Both the position numbers and the translations under genes were made by a program. A DNA stretch of 64,000 nucleotides, from positions 9,734,001 to 9,798,000 of the forward strand of contig OZ024766.1 in the NCBI GenBank assembly GCA_964016885.1, written 5' to 3'. Positions 61,161 through 64,000 of the stretch are shown one piece after another. The notes under the pieces are model-generated. The model was given only the letters and a program-made list of their open reading frames with translations, was not told where the DNA came from and did no database searches. Each line of letters starts with the position of its first letter. Positions within the stretch are counted from its first letter, which is position 1. This DNA comes from Eledone cirrhosa. Its lineage: Eukaryota.

Positions 61161-63054
61161 ACCCTCCAGCTTTTATCCCTATACTACTTACAGTCCGTAC
61201 TAACGATACTAAACACTTCAGAAGCAATGTTATGTGGTATATTGCTGTGTTTCAGATGACGTCCTTTGGAGCTGTGTTGTTTAGAAGGAAAGGTCAGACA
61301 TCCACTGATGGAGGACCCTCCAGCTTTTATCCCTATACTACTTACAGTCCGTACTAACAATACTAAACACTTCAGAAGCAATGTTATGTGGTATATTGCT
61401 GTGTTTCAGATGACATCCTTTGGAGCTGTGTTGTTTAGAAGGAAAGGTCAGACATCCACTGATGGAGGACCCTCCAGCTTTTATCCCTATACTACTTACA
61501 GTCCGTACTAACAATACTAAACACTTCAGAAGCAATGTTATGTGGTATATTGCTGTGTTTCAGATGACATCCTTTGGAGCTGTGTTGTTTAGAAGGAAAG
61601 GTCAGACATCCACTGATGGAGGACCCTCCAGCTTTTATCCCTATACTACTTACAGTCCATACTAACGAAGCTAAACACTTCAGAAGCAATGTTATGTGGT
61701 ATATTGCTGTGTTTCAGATGACATCCTTTGGAGCTGTGTTGTTTAGAAGGAAAGGTCAGACATCCACTGATGGAGGACCCTCCAGCTTTTATCCCTATAC
61801 TACTTACAGTCCGTACTAACAATACTAAACACTTCAGAAGCAATGTTATGTGGTATATTGCTGTGTTTCAGATGACATCCTTTGGAGCTGTGTTGTTTAG
61901 AAGGAAAGGTCAGACATCCACTGATGGAGGACCCTCCAGCTTTTATCCCTATACTACTTACAGTCCATACTAACGTAGCTAAACACTTCAGAAGCAATGT
62001 TATGTGGTATATTGCTGTGTTTCAGATGACGTCCTTTGGAGCTGTGTTGTTTAGAAGGAAAGGTCAGACATCCACTGATAGAGGACCCTCCAGCTTTTAT
62101 CCCTATACTACTTACAGTCCATACTAACGTAGCTAAACACTTCAGAAGCAATGTTATGTGGTATATTGCTGTGTTTCAGATGACGTCCTTTGGAGCTGTG
62201 TTGTTTAGAAGGAAAGGTCAGACATCCACTGATAGAGGACCCTCCAGCTTTTATCCCTATACTACTTACAGTCCATACTAACGTAGCTAAACACTTCAGA
62301 AGCAATGTTATGTGGTATATTGCTGTGTTTCAGATGACGTCCTTTGGAGCTGTGTTGTTTAGAAGGAAAGGTCAGACATCCACTGATAGAGGACCCTCCA
62401 GCTTTTATCCCTATACTACTTACAGTCCATACTAACGTAGCTAAACACTTCAGAAGCAATGTTATGTGGTATATTGCTGTGTTTCAGATGACGTCCTTTG
62501 GAGCTGTGTTGTTTAGAAGGAAAGGTCAGACATCCACTGATAGAGGACCCTCCAGCTTTTATCCCTATACTACTTACAGTCCATACTAACGTAGCTAAAC
62601 ACTTCAGAAGCAATGTTATGTGGTATATTGCTGTGTTTCAGATGACGTCCTTTGGAGCTGTGTTGTTTAGAAGGAAAGGTCAGACATCCACTGATAGAGG
62701 ACCCTCCAGCTTTTATCCCTATACTACTTACAGTCCATACTAACGTAGCTAAACACTTCAGAAGCAATGTTATGTGGTATATTGCTGTGTTTCAGATGAC
62801 GTCCTTTGGAGCTGAAAAAGATCATACTAACTATGGTTATTTCACATTTAAAATCCAAGGCCAATGCTACCATTTAATTGGCAGTTTACTCCCCCAGCCT
62901 AATAAAGAAGTTTTATGATTGTTTGTCTCTCTCTCACACACACATTAGTCTCACCTCAGACTGTAAACCAGACAACACATCCAACATAGTTGTTCTCTCT
63001 TTTATCAGTCTTCTCTTAACTATTCTCCCGTGTGAAGCCAGGTGCCTCAGCTAG
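61161..63054 (+). mobile_element. Helitron remnant: 154-bp tandem array (~11 copies) of RepHel coding sequence, unique continuation and 3' terminus
   Basis: CCLEGKV..PP..KHFRSN...FQMTSFGA..TFKIQGQCYHLIGSLLP resembles the Helitron RepHel N-terminal region; degenerate 3' hairpin then CTAG|T at 63051-63055. Confidence 0.85.
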
Positions 63055-63427
63055 TTATTAATAAAAAGAGTTGAAATTAATGTATGCAAGATTTCACAGC
63101 TTCAGTATCACACTTTCATGACCATGATACCTCATTTGGAATGACCAAATGAGGTTTATTTTGTCATCATAGTCCTTGACATGAAACAATGTCTTCCATT
63201 GGTAGAAATAGCTGCAATGATAGAAAAGAAACGAGAAAGAGATATAGAAGAACTGACCACAGTACGTCTTTGATCAACCTCAAAAGGATGAAAGGTAAGG
63301 TAAACCTCTGGGGTTTGAAATTTTCGCAACAAATACAGTAAAACACTCTACCTTGTGATGAAACGACCCTGCTATTATTGCTGTACATACTGGTGTATTA
63401 CTGGTATCAATTTTATTAACCCTGTAG

Positions 63428-64000
63428 AACTTACATTACTCTATATATACTATTGTATTTTCACAGTAAGGGCTTTACCTCAAATAATACCTCACATAAC
63501 ATTTACATTACTCTATATATACTATTGTATTTTCACAGTAAAGGCTTTACCTCACATAGCATTTACATTACTCTATATATACTATTGTATTTTCACAGTA
63601 AAGTCTTTACCTCACATAACATCTCGCATAACATTTACATTACTCTATATATACTATTGTATTGTCACAGTAAAGTCTTTATCTCACATAACATTTACAT
63701 TACTCTATATATACTATTGTATTTTCACAGTAAAGGCTTTACCTCACATAGCATTTACATTACTCTATATATACTATTGTATTTTCACAGTAAAGTCTTT
63801 ACCTCACATAACATCTCACATAACATTTACATTACTCTATATATACTATTGTATTTTCACAGTAAAGGCTTTACCTCACATAACATTTACATTACTCTAT
63901 ATATACTATTGTATTTTAACAATAAAGGCTTTACCTCACATAACATTTACATTACTCTATATATACTATTGTATTGTCACAGTAAAGGCTTTACCTCACA
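63428..64000. repeat. 60/72-bp array (same family as 23860 and 48125), truncated by the window end
   Basis: acatttacattactctatatatactattgtattttcacagtaaagg repeats. Confidence 0.93.

Overview
Eukaryotic, extremely repeat-rich genomic DNA. The microsatellite load and SINE families suggest an octopod cephalopod, but that is inference. The window holds the 3' part of a + strand TGF-beta/activin-type R-SMAD gene (SMAD2/3). Eight phase-consistent GT-AG coding exons lie between 29372 and 51063 and cover the MH1 beta-hairpin, the PPxY linker, MH2 and a C-terminal SSMS; the 5' coding exons are outside the window. There is also a candidate 39-nt in-frame cassette exon at 22265-22303. Nearly all listed ORFs are artefacts of microsatellites or minisatellites. 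The rest is RTE-type LINE fragments, two tRNA-derived SINE families, piggyBac-like and hAT-like MITEs, Helitron pieces, many tandem arrays (48, 49, 58, 65, 72, 77, 78, 80, 135, 154, 163 bp units) and many fold-back palindromes. Main highlights: (1) the cassette exon sits where vertebrate SMAD2 exon 3 is inserted; (2) a ~51-copy 78-bp array amplifies the gene's own exon end and 5' splice site together with an AATAAA; (3) more than ten minimal type-I hammerhead-ribozyme motifs of several families (Penelope-like) lie in introns and flanks, one just upstream of an exon; (4) three unrelated LINE families have each tandemly amplified the same homologous 'RLxWxGHV' segment; (5) a diverged copy of the SSMS tail lies in the 3' UTR, followed by a tandem CAGA-box array.
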